From Methanobacteriota archaeon (GTDB lineage: Archaea; Thermoplasmatota; Poseidoniia; Poseidoniales; Thalassarchaeaceae): a stretch of DNA of 64,000 nucleotides. The notes under the pieces were generated by a model, which saw only the letters and a list, made by a program, of their open reading frames with translations, was not told the origin of the DNA and did not search any database. The position numbers were made by a program, and so were the translations under genes. Where the stretch lies: positions 460 to 64,459 of the forward strand of contig PBGL02000009.1 in assembly GCA_002718995.2 (NCBI GenBank), read 5' to 3'. Below are positions 1 to 8,672 of the stretch, piece by piece. Every line of letters begins with the position of its first letter. Within the stretch, counting starts at the first letter, position 1.

Positions 1-1470
1 TGATGGGATGGCATTCCTCACCATTACTCTGCAGTCGTTTGAAATTGACCTTGTGACACTCCTCGGAGAGCCGTATCTCGAAGGCCTTACCTTGGCCCTA
101 TCATAACCATCCAACAGCTTGAATGACAATTCTATCGATCCGTCATCCTCGAGCCTTGGCCCCCTGATTTCAGAGACCGTGCCTGTCGCATCCACCCTTG
201 TCTTCAACGAGCCCATGTGAGTGATAGGCCATGCATGACCGAATCTCTCGATCCTGTCCTCCATGGGCAGTTCTAGGTCATGATCCCCATTCTCGCAGAC
301 ACCTCTCAAATCGCATCTTACACATCTGGCCAGGGGATTCGGGTCAATAGGGGTCTTGGATGGCTTCCCTCCCTCGTCGAAGTAGCGGAGGGGAGATGGT
401 TCTGCCGGGCAGTCCTCCATTTGAGGATCGTTTGCATGTAATAGGTTGTACACATCCTTCAGGTCATCTCCGTATTGAGTTAGTTCCTCTGGAGTCGGCA
501 GTGGCACTTCCTTGACCGAGCCAGGGCCAAGATACCAAATCCCCAGTGACTCTACTTCCTCGGCCCTGTTGTGAGTTTCCCACCAGAGCCATGCGTAAAG
601 CCGGAGTTGCTCGATATAGCCTCCTGATCTGTCCCCCTTGCCTTTGGAAGCCTTGATGTCTATCACCGAGGGTTTGCCAGTCCACCTGTATACCAAATCA
701 TACTCACCCTGGAACCACCCTTCGGGGTGTGATGTTGTCTGTGTGAATGAGCCTGAATCGGGATCTACGAACCATGGCCGAGCCAACTCCCATGACTCGC
801 ACCATGAGACCTCAGAACCTGATTCTTGGGCACATGGATGTGGCTCCTCCCAAACTCGTGGGAAGCCATCTGGGGCTGGCCAGTTGTGCCTATGCTTACC
901 CCGCCTCCATGATTCTGCATGAGGCCCCCCTCCTGCTCTCATGCAAGCCTCTACCTGATCAATGTGCATTCTGATCCCGTTGGCCACCATCTCCCTGCAT
1001 TCCTGCTCATTGGCCCCTTCCGATGATCCGACCTTGTTCGATATTGACTCCCAATCTGCAACTGCATCGTCCCATGATGACTGGAAATGTGCATCTGCAC
1101 GAGAAAGGGCCCATTCCTCGAGAGAGTCCCTGGTAGATGGCCATTCGGAGCTATCCATTGGAAGCAGCGAAGGAGCGGGCCAAAGGTCGCTGAAGTCGTA
1201 GGCAGGACGCCCGTCGTCAAGTATCGGGGATTTCAGGAGGTCTCCCGAGTTAGCAGGGACGATCGAGGGAGAGTCCCTGAGGACCTTTGAGATGCAGGAC
1301 TCTGCTGCATTGCCCCTGATAATCTGAGGCGGCAGGGGACCCCTCAATCTTGGAATGTAATTGTAGTACCAGAGGCGTGGACAGGCCTGCCAAGTGACCA
1401 TCTGAGAGGCTGAAAGCCTCCTGTAGGGATTCACCGAGTTGTCCCCGGGTTCGACTGACTTGACTGGCAC
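1..1470 (-). CDS. PD-(D/E)XK nuclease of the Cas4/RecB/AddB type with an Fe-S cysteine cluster. The C-terminal end runs off the window edge and the gene is not in the supplied ORF track.
   Basis: I translated the minus strand by hand from GTG 1470 (in-frame stop upstream at 1498-1500) and it stays open down to position 1. The N-terminus has SASQMVTWQACPRLWYYNY, the first cluster Cys. The core has GEYDLVYRWTGKPSVIDIKASKG and YIEQLRLYAWL (D...D-x-K and QxxxY). A CPAEP...ARCVRCDLRGVC segment (C-x2-C-x5-C) follows. After that comes an OB-fold-looking segment, TGTVSEIRGPRLEDDGSIELSFKLLDGYDRAKV. The short ORFs listed in the track at 464-1501 are off-frame shadows. Confidence 0.6.
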   Translation of the reverse strand, partial: MPVKSVEPGDNSVNPYRRLSASQMVTWQACPRLWYYNYIPRLRGPLPPQIIRGNAAESCISKVLRDSPSIVPANSGDLLKSPILDDGRPAYDFSDLWPAPSLLPMDSSEWPSTRDSLEEWALSRADAHFQSSWDDAVADWESISNKVGSSEGANEQECREMVANGIRMHIDQVEACMRAGGGPHAESWRRGKHRHNWPAPDGFPRVWEEPHPCAQESGSEVSWCESWELARPWFVDPDSGSFTQTTSHPEGWFQGEYDLVYRWTGKPSVIDIKASKGKGDRSGGYIEQLRLYAWLWWETHNRAEEVESLGIWYLGPGSVKEVPLPTPEELTQYGDDLKDVYNLLHANDPQMEDCPAEPSPLRYFDEGGKPSKTPIDPNPLARCVRCDLRGVCENGDHDLELPMEDRIERFGHAWPITHMGSLKTRVDATGTVSEIRGPRLEDDGSIELSFKLLDGYDRAKVRPSRYGSPRSVTRSISNDCRVMVRNAIPS

Positions 1471-1518
1471 TATGGAATAGCGGGGGACGGGGCCATATCA
1501 ACCCAACGTGGTGGAAAA

Positions 1519-2655
1519 TCAGGGCCTATGTTCATTGAGCCACACGAGAGACACCTCAGTACGATCGAAAGTGGGCGTTACCTCGATTACTGCCACAGGG
1601 GCTTCGGCGTCTTCAGATATTTCCTCGGCGACTGATATTGGCATCTCTATCCTGCCCTCATCCAAGTCATAATGGAGGAACCTAGTCGGAAGTCCGGTGA
1701 ATTGGGAAATCTCCTCGACCCAAGCAGAGTGATCCTCGAACGACGAGTAAATTGCCCCGAAGACCAAGGTTGCATCCTCGCTCAATGTCTCATGCGGTGC
1801 GATAGTTGCCTCTCCCCTTCTCATGAATCTCCTCCTCATCTGGCCTGCGTCCTTGTAAACCGAGGTGCAGTACTTCAAGTGGAATCCATACGGCTCTCTG
1901 GCCTTTCCATCCAGTGGGTCTCTAGCGCCGATAGAAGCCGCCATCACCCTATCCCTGAGGGATTGTGCGAGCTCGGATGATCCCTCGGCACCAGCGGTAA
2001 TCTCGGTTGACAAGTTGAATCCCCTAAGTTCCATGTTGTCGTGGTTACCCACTGTTATCTCAAGCTCGTTCAGGTTCAGGAAGCTCACATCGAAGTCCCT
2101 CAGCTCTTCCAGAATATGCATCAATTCCTCCTCCTTGTCTGGCTCGCAGGGGAGCTCGACTCCAGTCAGGATACCGGACTGTGCGCAGGCTGCAATTGTT
2201 TCTTTGTACTGGTCTGCCTCCAAATCCAAGAAGTGGAAGCGGATTTCATCGAGGCCCGCATCTGCGAAATCTGCGGCCCATTCCGGACGGAATGGGATGC
2301 TGGTGTACATATGGAGGTGGAATTCTTGTCCGAACTCCTCCTTCAGGGCCCTGATTCCTTCCAAAGACCTCTCCCTCGCCATTAACGGATCTCCCCCCGT
2401 AATTCCAGCTCCAGTTGCTCGCATGGCTCGAGCCTCCTCGATTACCTCGTCGAACGACCCACAGGGCCTTTCGTTGGCGTACATGAAATCGATATCTCGT
2501 CTGGTCTCTGAGAGTGGGCAATAGTCGCACCTCCAATGGCAGTTGCCCGTTATGAAAAGTACCAGTTTGCTGCCCATCTGGCATTGTATGCAACCCTCGC
2601 AATCTGCAAGATCGGCAGTCTCTGCAACCTCTACAGTCTGAGGCAGAATGCTCAT
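1519..2655 (-). CDS. Radical SAM protein (archaeal pyruvate formate-lyase-activase-related type, COG2108-like)
   Basis: 378 aa. It carries the CxxxCxxC motif CHWRCDYC and GITGGDPL. Its ATG overlaps the pdxT stop (CAATGAG), which suggests translational coupling. Confidence 0.75.
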   Translation of the reverse strand: MSILPQTVEVAETADLADCEGCIQCQMGSKLVLFITGNCHWRCDYCPLSETRRDIDFMYANERPCGSFDEVIEEARAMRATGAGITGGDPLMARERSLEGIRALKEEFGQEFHLHMYTSIPFRPEWAADFADAGLDEIRFHFLDLEADQYKETIAACAQSGILTGVELPCEPDKEEELMHILEELRDFDVSFLNLNELEITVGNHDNMELRGFNLSTEITAGAEGSSELAQSLRDRVMAASIGARDPLDGKAREPYGFHLKYCTSVYKDAGQMRRRFMRRGEATIAPHETLSEDATLVFGAIYSSFEDHSAWVEEISQFTGLPTRFLHYDLDEGRIEMPISVAEEISEDAEAPVAVIEVTPTFDRTEVSLVWLNEHRP

Positions 2656-3248
2656 TGAAAGGCCTCCTTGGCTGACTCCAGAAGCCAGACGTGGAACCCC
2701 GGGTCTCCGGATAACTCGGGGTGGAATGTGAGAGCTACGACATTACCAGTCCTCACACCGACCACCTCGTCCCCGTGCATCGCTGAGATCTCTGCATCGT
2801 GTGATATGAATCTCGGGGCCCTGATGAAAACTCCGGGAAAGTCGCACCCCAATAGGGGGGAGTAGAGAGTGTCTTGGAATGAGTCGGACTGTCTGCCGTA
2901 CGCATTGCGGTCGATTCTGGCATCGACCAGTGGGTAGCCCCCATCCTGTGGGTCCGAGAGGAGGATTGCTCCCGCACAAGTGCCCAGCACGGGCAGTGTC
3001 GGCCTATCTCTGATCCACTGGAAGAGCCCGGGAAGCAGATTCGATGCCTCGTCGAGTCCTGTCAGCCTCATAGTGGTCGACTCTCCGCCCGGTAGAACGA
3101 GTGCTTGGAGGTCGGATGATTGAAGATCGGAGAGTTTTCTGATCTCGTGAATCTCCACCATAATGCCAGAACGCGAAGACGCTGCCTCTATTGCGGCGAT
3201 ATGCGCGTGTCTCGCGCCCTGAAGCATGACCAAGCCGATACGGAGCAC
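2652..3248 (-). CDS. pdxT: Pyridoxal 5'-phosphate synthase glutaminase subunit PdxT
   Basis: 198 aa. Motifs LQGARHAHIAAIE, LPGGESTTM, GTCAG (nucleophile Cys), RNAYGRQSDSF, FIRAP and FHPEL are colinear with the PdxT/Pdx2 pattern. Confidence 0.9.
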   Translation of the reverse strand: MLRIGLVMLQGARHAHIAAIEAASSRSGIMVEIHEIRKLSDLQSSDLQALVLPGGESTTMRLTGLDEASNLLPGLFQWIRDRPTLPVLGTCAGAILLSDPQDGGYPLVDARIDRNAYGRQSDSFQDTLYSPLLGCDFPGVFIRAPRFISHDAEISAMHGDEVVGVRTGNVVALTFHPELSGDPGFHVWLLESAKEAFQ

Positions 3249-3328
3249 GCCCCGGCGTCTCGCCTAGTGGAGATGAACCCTGTCGTGCCCTCCGATGGGC
3301 TGAAAGACCGGGGATTGCACGTCCAAGC

Positions 3329-4420
3329 ATGACTGGAGCGGGCAGAGTGCACAATTTCGGTGCGGGGCCAGCGGTGCTCCCACTCGAAGTGGTGTCCGAA
3401 GTAGCCGAGGCGCTTCCTAATCTATCCGACAGTGGCTTCGGGCTACTGGAAGTGTCCCATAGGAGCGAAGTCTTCCAGAGCGTAATAGACTCGGCCGAGG
3501 AAAGGGTGAGGAGGGTTCTTTCCGTGCCCGGTGACTACCATGTCCTATTCCTCCAGGGTGGTGCCTCAACCCAGTTCTACATGACCGCCCTAAATTTGCT
3601 CGGGGAGGCTGGAAAGGCGGACTTCCTAGTAACTGGCGGATGGTCCCAGAAGGCCATCAAGGAGGCCGGCAGGGTTGGTGATGTGCAATCAGCCTGGGAT
3701 GGGTCGGGAGACGGATTCGTTTCTGTCCCCAGTAACGGCGACTACGTCATCAGGGACGATGCTGACTACGTCCACTACACCTCGAACAACACCCTCTTCG
3801 GAACACAGTTCCACCACCTTCCGGACAGCGGGGGTAAGCCTAGGGTGGTGGATGCAAGCTCGGACATCTGCGGAGTCCCACTGGACATCTCATCCCACGA
3901 CCTCGTCTATGCAGGGGCCCAGAAGAACCTGGGGCCGAGCGGGGTCACTCTGGTGATCATCTCCCCCTGGGCAATTTCCAAGATAGGGGATGGTCTTCCC
4001 ACGATGATGGACTACAGGACCCACGTGTCCAAGGGCTCCATGTTCAACACCCCCAACACATTCGGCATCTTCGTCCTGGACAGGGTAATGGCTTGGGTCG
4101 AGAGGAACGGGGGTTTGGAAGGGGCCATAGACAGGAACAGGAGGAAGGCAACGCTACTCTACGATGAGCTGGATAGGACCTCATTCTGGGCCCCTCATGC
4201 CGAAGCCGGATCGAGATCAGTCATGAACGTCACCTGGAGGCTAGCCGACCAGAGCCTGGAGCCGGCATTCCTGGAGGAGGCCGTCGCCGCTGGAATGGGC
4301 GGCCTGAAGGGCCATCGGAGCGTCGGAGGAATCAGGGCGAGCATGTACAACGGATGCACAATAGACAGCGTAGAGGCTTTGGTTTCCTTCATGAGGGATT
4401 TCGAGGCGAGACACGGGTGA
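3329..4420 (+). CDS. serC: Phosphoserine aminotransferase
   Basis: 363 aa. It has the NFGAGPAVLP N-terminus, LEVSHRS, and the length and layout of a class V aminotransferase. Confidence 0.85.
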   Translation: MTGAGRVHNFGAGPAVLPLEVVSEVAEALPNLSDSGFGLLEVSHRSEVFQSVIDSAEERVRRVLSVPGDYHVLFLQGGASTQFYMTALNLLGEAGKADFLVTGGWSQKAIKEAGRVGDVQSAWDGSGDGFVSVPSNGDYVIRDDADYVHYTSNNTLFGTQFHHLPDSGGKPRVVDASSDICGVPLDISSHDLVYAGAQKNLGPSGVTLVIISPWAISKIGDGLPTMMDYRTHVSKGSMFNTPNTFGIFVLDRVMAWVERNGGLEGAIDRNRRKATLLYDELDRTSFWAPHAEAGSRSVMNVTWRLADQSLEPAFLEEAVAAGMGGLKGHRSVGGIRASMYNGCTIDSVEALVSFMRDFEARHG

Positions 4421-4428
4421 GCGTTCCC

Positions 4429-5130
4429 ATGGATACGAGGGATATTCTCGACATCCTGGACCTCACATTGCTGGACCACGATGCCTCCGAGGCCGATCTG
4501 AGGAGGATATGTGACAGGGCCAACCAGAACGGGCCCGCCGCCGTGTGCGTATTCTCCGAGCACGTTGAGCTGGTCAGGGGGATGCTGGATGACGGGATCT
4601 CCGTGGCTGCCGTGGCCGGCGGATTCCCCGTCGGGGGGGACGACGCTACTTCGATTCGCGAGTCGATAGAGGATGCAGTGAGGTCAGGGGCGGACGAGAT
4701 TGACTGCGTCCTAGAGCCCCGGGACTCCGACGGCTTCCCCGGGGAGCAAGACCTGTCCCTGCTCGAGGCCATGAGGCAGGCGTCTTCAGGCCGGACGCTC
4801 AAGGTAATCATCGAGACCCCCCTTCTGGGAGAGCATGCCATCAGGGCAGTGACTCGCATGGTACTGGCAACTGGCGCTGACTTCGTGAAGAGCTGCACGG
4901 GCATGAGGGGAGGATGCAGCGATGAGGACGCACGGCTACTGTCTTTCGAGGTCAAGCGTCATTCCGTAACGATGGGAGAGGACAGGGGAGTCAAGCTATC
5001 AGGCGGAATTAGAGTCAGGGAGGACGTCGAGAGGCTGATCGAAATCGTGGATTCCAATGAGGCGGACATCTCCGGCCCGTCGAGGCTCAGGATAGGCGCA
5101 TCGTCCCTACTTGACGACATTCTGAGATGA
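4429..5130 (+). CDS. deoC: Deoxyribose-phosphate aldolase
   Basis: Motifs DLTLLDHDASEADL, AAVCVFSEHV and DFVKSCTG (Schiff-base Lys region). I moved the start to ATG 4429 because the ORF-track start 4354 would overlap serC by 67 nt. GTG 4417 is an alternative start. Confidence 0.8.
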   Translation: MDTRDILDILDLTLLDHDASEADLRRICDRANQNGPAAVCVFSEHVELVRGMLDDGISVAAVAGGFPVGGDDATSIRESIEDAVRSGADEIDCVLEPRDSDGFPGEQDLSLLEAMRQASSGRTLKVIIETPLLGEHAIRAVTRMVLATGADFVKSCTGMRGGCSDEDARLLSFEVKRHSVTMGEDRGVKLSGGIRVREDVERLIEIVDSNEADISGPSRLRIGASSLLDDILR

Positions 5131-5131
5131 A

Positions 5132-5207
5132 TGGTGGGCTCGGCAGGAATTGAACCTGCGATCTTCGCCATGTGAAGGCGACGTCATAACCCCTAGACCA
5201 CGAGCCC
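5132..5207 (-). tRNA. tRNA-Val (anticodon CAC), with 3' CCA encoded
   Basis: The reverse complement folds as a cloverleaf: acceptor GGGCTCG/CGAGCCC, anticodon stem TCGCC/GGCGA with loop TTCACAT, T arm GCAGG-TTCAATT-CCTGC, discriminator A, then CCA. Confidence 0.85.
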
Positions 5208-5304
5208 CGGGTCCATGCGGGCTGAGCCCTCACGATAAGCATGATGACGCGACTGGGGCGCCATCTCCCGCCGGAATCAAAAGTCCGGCCCGATTCGGAC
5301 AAAC

Positions 5305-6753
5305 ATGGCTGCGGGTCTGGACTTCGGGGTCCTCAGGGAAAGGGACACCTGGAAAGGGTTCGGCGTGGGCGTCGTTCTGTTCTGCATTATCGGGTACTCA
5401 TCGCTCAGCCTTTTCGGGTTGTCCTCGTCGGCATACGGCGTAAGTGACGTAGTCGAGGTCAGCCCGGACTTCGAGGTCGAATCGATGAACAGGACCGGTA
5501 TCGACGATGCCATCGCCGATGATTCGGGAATGATCAGGCTCAGCGACCTCAGGGGCAGCGTGATCGTGCTAGACTTCATGGCGGTGGATTGCGCCAACTG
5601 CCACTACGTCCAGGAGCACATCGACCAGCGCATCGAAGAATGGGGGGCTCTCGAAGGGGAGTACCCGGTCGTCGCCCTGTCCGTGGCAACTTGGTACGCG
5701 TACGAGGACTTCGACAGGATAAACTCGACCTTCGGAGACTCGGATTCTGACAAGCACATGAGTTGGCCGGTTGCGAACGGTGGGCCCGATTCCGTGATCC
5801 TCGATGACGGCACCAGGGGGGACCTGGTCGAGCACTACTTCGCACAGGCCATCCCCCTCGTCCTTGTGATAGACCACGAGGGCTATGCGGTCGCCAAGGA
5901 GGGCACTGGGACGCCACTCGATGGCTGGTCCTCCTTCGATTCAGCGATCGAGAGGGCTAACGAGGGGGATGCCGAGTCACTCAGGTTCGGCATAGAGAAG
6001 CCCGACAGCTCGATGGCGGGCGTGTTCCTGATCGGGCTTTTCCTAGGGGTGCTGGTCTACTTCTCCCCCTGCGCGTTCCCCGTACTCCCGTCGTACATCA
6101 CCTACTACCTGAACCTCGGAATGAGGCAGGACGAGCTGATCGAGGCGGGCAAGATAACCGGTAGCATGCCGAGGCCCGTCGAGGTGGGCCTGTTCGCTGC
6201 CCTCGGGCAACTGGCGTTCTTCACGGTGGTAGGAGCGATAATCTTCGGCTTGGACGGGATCGTTGACCTCTCGGGGGCCCTGCACGACATCGCGGTGGCG
6301 ATAGCATGGCTGCTGCTCATCCTGGGCGGGATGATGCTGCTCGGATGGACGTCCCACCTCTTGGCATGGGTCCAGAGGGCGCTGGACAAGTACCAGACTG
6401 ACGAGTCCGACGAGAGATTCACTCCGCGCAGGAACATGTTCCTGTGGGGCATAGGGTACAGCGCCGCCTCTGTGGACTGCACGGCGGCGGCCGTGTTCCC
6501 GTTCGTAGCATGGCTCACTGTGGTCGGTGACGGCGCATTCCTCTCGGGCATGCTGGGCCTGATACTCTCCGCCACCATCCTGATGGTCACCGTGACCGCC
6601 CTCGTAGGGACTGGCAGGCAGGCCATGCTTGACTTCCTCAGGAGGTCGACAGGGGTCGTAAAGGCCACGGGCGCCTGGATGATGATGTTCGCAGGTGCGG
6701 GGCTCCTCGCCTACCTGACCCAGCCGGCACTGGTCTCGGGGATCCTCGGGTAG
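5305..6753 (+). CDS. Fusion of an extracytoplasmic thioredoxin-like (TlpA/ResA-type) domain to a CcdA/DsbD-type transmembrane electron-transfer domain
   Basis: 482 aa. An N-terminal TM segment is followed by VIVLDFMAVDCANCH (CxxC at 5590-5601). The multi-TM C-terminal half has FSPCAFPVLPSYITYY and a second membrane Cys (SVDCTAAAVFPF), as in CcdA. Confidence 0.75.
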   Translation: MAAGLDFGVLRERDTWKGFGVGVVLFCIIGYSSLSLFGLSSSAYGVSDVVEVSPDFEVESMNRTGIDDAIADDSGMIRLSDLRGSVIVLDFMAVDCANCHYVQEHIDQRIEEWGALEGEYPVVALSVATWYAYEDFDRINSTFGDSDSDKHMSWPVANGGPDSVILDDGTRGDLVEHYFAQAIPLVLVIDHEGYAVAKEGTGTPLDGWSSFDSAIERANEGDAESLRFGIEKPDSSMAGVFLIGLFLGVLVYFSPCAFPVLPSYITYYLNLGMRQDELIEAGKITGSMPRPVEVGLFAALGQLAFFTVVGAIIFGLDGIVDLSGALHDIAVAIAWLLLILGGMMLLGWTSHLLAWVQRALDKYQTDESDERFTPRRNMFLWGIGYSAASVDCTAAAVFPFVAWLTVVGDGAFLSGMLGLILSATILMVTVTALVGTGRQAMLDFLRRSTGVVKATGAWMMMFAGAGLLAYLTQPALVSGILG

Positions 6754-6761
6754 GTGCGAGA

Positions 6762-7490
6762 ATGGAGATGGTGGTGCTCGCTTTCCTCGGTTGCTTCCTA
6801 GCGGCCGCGCTGACGGTGCCTGCCGGGTTCGGGCTGTCGACCATGCTGACGCCGGTTGTTCTGCTCATGATGGGGCCCCACGAGGCGGTTGCCGTCGTTG
6901 CGGTGGTCCATGGCGCCCACAACGCCGGGAAGTTCGTTGCACTGAGGGAAAGCGTCGACCTCTCCGCGTTCCGGCACTACGGGGTATGGCTGGTCGCGGG
7001 GTCAATCATGGGGGCGCTGCTTCAGAACCAGGTACCGCAGGACCCGTTGCTGGCCGTGATAGGCGTCTTCCTGGTGCTGCTGCCGATACTCACCCTCAGC
7101 GAGTCGTGGACCGGGTACAGGATTCCTGAGGCGAATGACAGGGTGGGTGGCTTCGGTTCCGGATTCATGGGGGGCCTTTCAGGGCACCAGGGCGCCCTTA
7201 GGGCGATGTTCCTGACGAGGAGGCTGAGCGACAAGATGGCGTACGCCGCCACGGCTAGCGTCCTGGCGCTTTGCGTGGACCTATCGCGGATTCCCGTCTA
7301 CCTGTTCTTCAGGCCGGACGAGATTGTGGAGCACCTCCAACTGACTGCCATTTTGGTGGTAGCAGCCCTGCTTGGAGTCAGGGTTGGCAAGAGGTGGTTG
7401 GAGACAATGAAGTCGGAGTTGATCCGTAAGATTGTGATGTCGGGAATAGTTGCCAGCGGTGCTTTCTACATACTCGAGTCAGTGGCCTAA
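6762..7490 (+). CDS. TauE/SafE (TSUP, DUF81) family anion exporter-like membrane protein
   Basis: 242 aa and polytopic. It has a Gly-rich N-terminus TVPAGFGLSTMLTPVVL and an internal repeat GGFGSGFMGGLSGHQGALR, both typical of the family. Confidence 0.65.
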   Translation: MEMVVLAFLGCFLAAALTVPAGFGLSTMLTPVVLLMMGPHEAVAVVAVVHGAHNAGKFVALRESVDLSAFRHYGVWLVAGSIMGALLQNQVPQDPLLAVIGVFLVLLPILTLSESWTGYRIPEANDRVGGFGSGFMGGLSGHQGALRAMFLTRRLSDKMAYAATASVLALCVDLSRIPVYLFFRPDEIVEHLQLTAILVVAALLGVRVGKRWLETMKSELIRKIVMSGIVASGAFYILESVA

Positions 7491-8551
7491 ATTCTACCTA
7501 ATTGAGGGGAAGAAACCTCAAAGGAATCTCTGTGAGATTGAATATTCAGTAAAATCTCGCTCATGTTTATGGAATAGGCACATATCCTCCTCAGAGACTC
7601 AGAAATACGGTCCAGGAATAGGGCTTCTGAGATTTCCATAGAACTAGATCTGAGTTCTGTCTCGAAATCCTCGAGACCCACTAAGGCTGAAGAAAGTCTC
7701 TCCTTGGCCAAGTGAATCTCGGATACCTTTCTCTTCCGAAAGTTAGAGATAAGGAGTTTAATCGATTCCTGCCACACCGGAATTGCATCCAAGGGTGTTT
7801 CTTCGATCGACAATTGACTGCTGTCCTCCCTCTCCAAAGTTAATTTGCAAAGAGCATATGAGTGATCGCCCATTCTTTCCATCGTCCTGACGACTTTTCC
7901 CAATTCCGACGCCTCCCATCTCGAAGTCCCCAAAGAGTCCTCGATACTAGCAGACTCCAATATCTGCCCTACCTGCCTCTCAAGAAGTAGCCTGATCGCG
8001 TCCACCTCCTGCTCTCTTTCATGGCAGTCCTCTAGAACTTCCTTATCTGAACCTCCAAGAACGTCTACGACATCTCTAATTTGACTCAGGATTAGGAGAT
8101 ACATCCTATTCAGACTTGAGTAGAGTGGCATCTCCGAAGGACTCAGTAGACTTATCATATCTATCGAGTTTTCACTTTCCGATGATATGTCGACGCCTCT
8201 TGAGGTATTGACGAATTTCCGGAATATCTTCCTCTCTGTTCGAGAGAATCCGGAGTTTGAACGTATTCTAATCACCTGAGTGCCTGCCAAATAAGCTGCT
8301 ACTAGGTGATCGAACACCATGTTCTCTGGAACATCATCAAGATCTATTGCCACCTCCCTACGTCTGCTAATGGATGATGCTTCTGGAATCACTCTCAGGG
8401 TTCCCGATGGACGCCACTCTATTCGCACGTGGTCCTTGGCAGCCAAACCATGTTCTGTAACCCACTTCTTAGGCAGACTGACTATGAATGTGGAACCACC
8501 AGTCTGTTGTAATCTCCTTACCTCTGACTTAGGTGCTCCCTCATGATTCAC
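7487..8551 (-). CDS. phoU: Archaeal phosphate uptake regulator: an AbrB/SpoVT DNA-binding domain fused to PhoU repeats
   Basis: 354 aa. The N-terminal GGSTFIVSLPKKWVTEHGL...VRIE is an AbrB-type swapped hairpin. The helical C-terminus is PhoU-like. The gene is divergent from the PiT transporter. Confidence 0.75.
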   Translation of the reverse strand: MNHEGAPKSEVRRLQQTGGSTFIVSLPKKWVTEHGLAAKDHVRIEWRPSGTLRVIPEASSISRRREVAIDLDDVPENMVFDHLVAAYLAGTQVIRIRSNSGFSRTERKIFRKFVNTSRGVDISSESENSIDMISLLSPSEMPLYSSLNRMYLLILSQIRDVVDVLGGSDKEVLEDCHEREQEVDAIRLLLERQVGQILESASIEDSLGTSRWEASELGKVVRTMERMGDHSYALCKLTLEREDSSQLSIEETPLDAIPVWQESIKLLISNFRKRKVSEIHLAKERLSSALVGLEDFETELRSSSMEISEALFLDRISESLRRICAYSINMSEILLNIQSHRDSFEVSSPQLGRI

Positions 8552-8672
8552 GTACTTCCGAGGTGGAGTCTAAATAAATAGTTATAGTAGCCCTCTAGTG
8601 TAACGATATTAAGATAACTATATAGAAAATATATTTGTAAATCAATATACCTGTCATTTATCGCAAGGGGTC
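8552..8672. promoter_or_regulatory. AT-rich divergent promoter region between phoU-like and PiT genes
   Basis: This is the most AT-rich stretch of the window. TATA-like runs (ataactatatagaaaatatatttgtaaat, 8614-8641) lie 30-60 nt upstream of ATG 8673, and taaataaatagttatag sits on the other side. Confidence 0.45.

Noticed and set aside
1-1470. The Cas4-like nuclease as evidence for a CRISPR-Cas locus.
   Set aside because: There is no cas1, cas2, effector gene or repeat array anywhere in the 64 kb. Cas4-type PD-(D/E)XK/Fe-S domains are common outside CRISPR systems.
464-1501. Six short ORFs (67-94 aa) listed in the track on both strands.
   Set aside because: All are off-frame or antisense to one continuous minus-strand frame (1..1470) with clear nuclease motifs. 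They have low-complexity, Arg/Ser/Pro-rich compositions typical of shadow ORFs.
4354-4428. The upstream extension of deoC suggested by the ORF track (start 4354).
   Set aside because: It would overlap serC by 67 nt and adds a non-conserved, Arg-rich peptide. The conserved DeoC sequence begins at MDTRDILD (ATG 4429).
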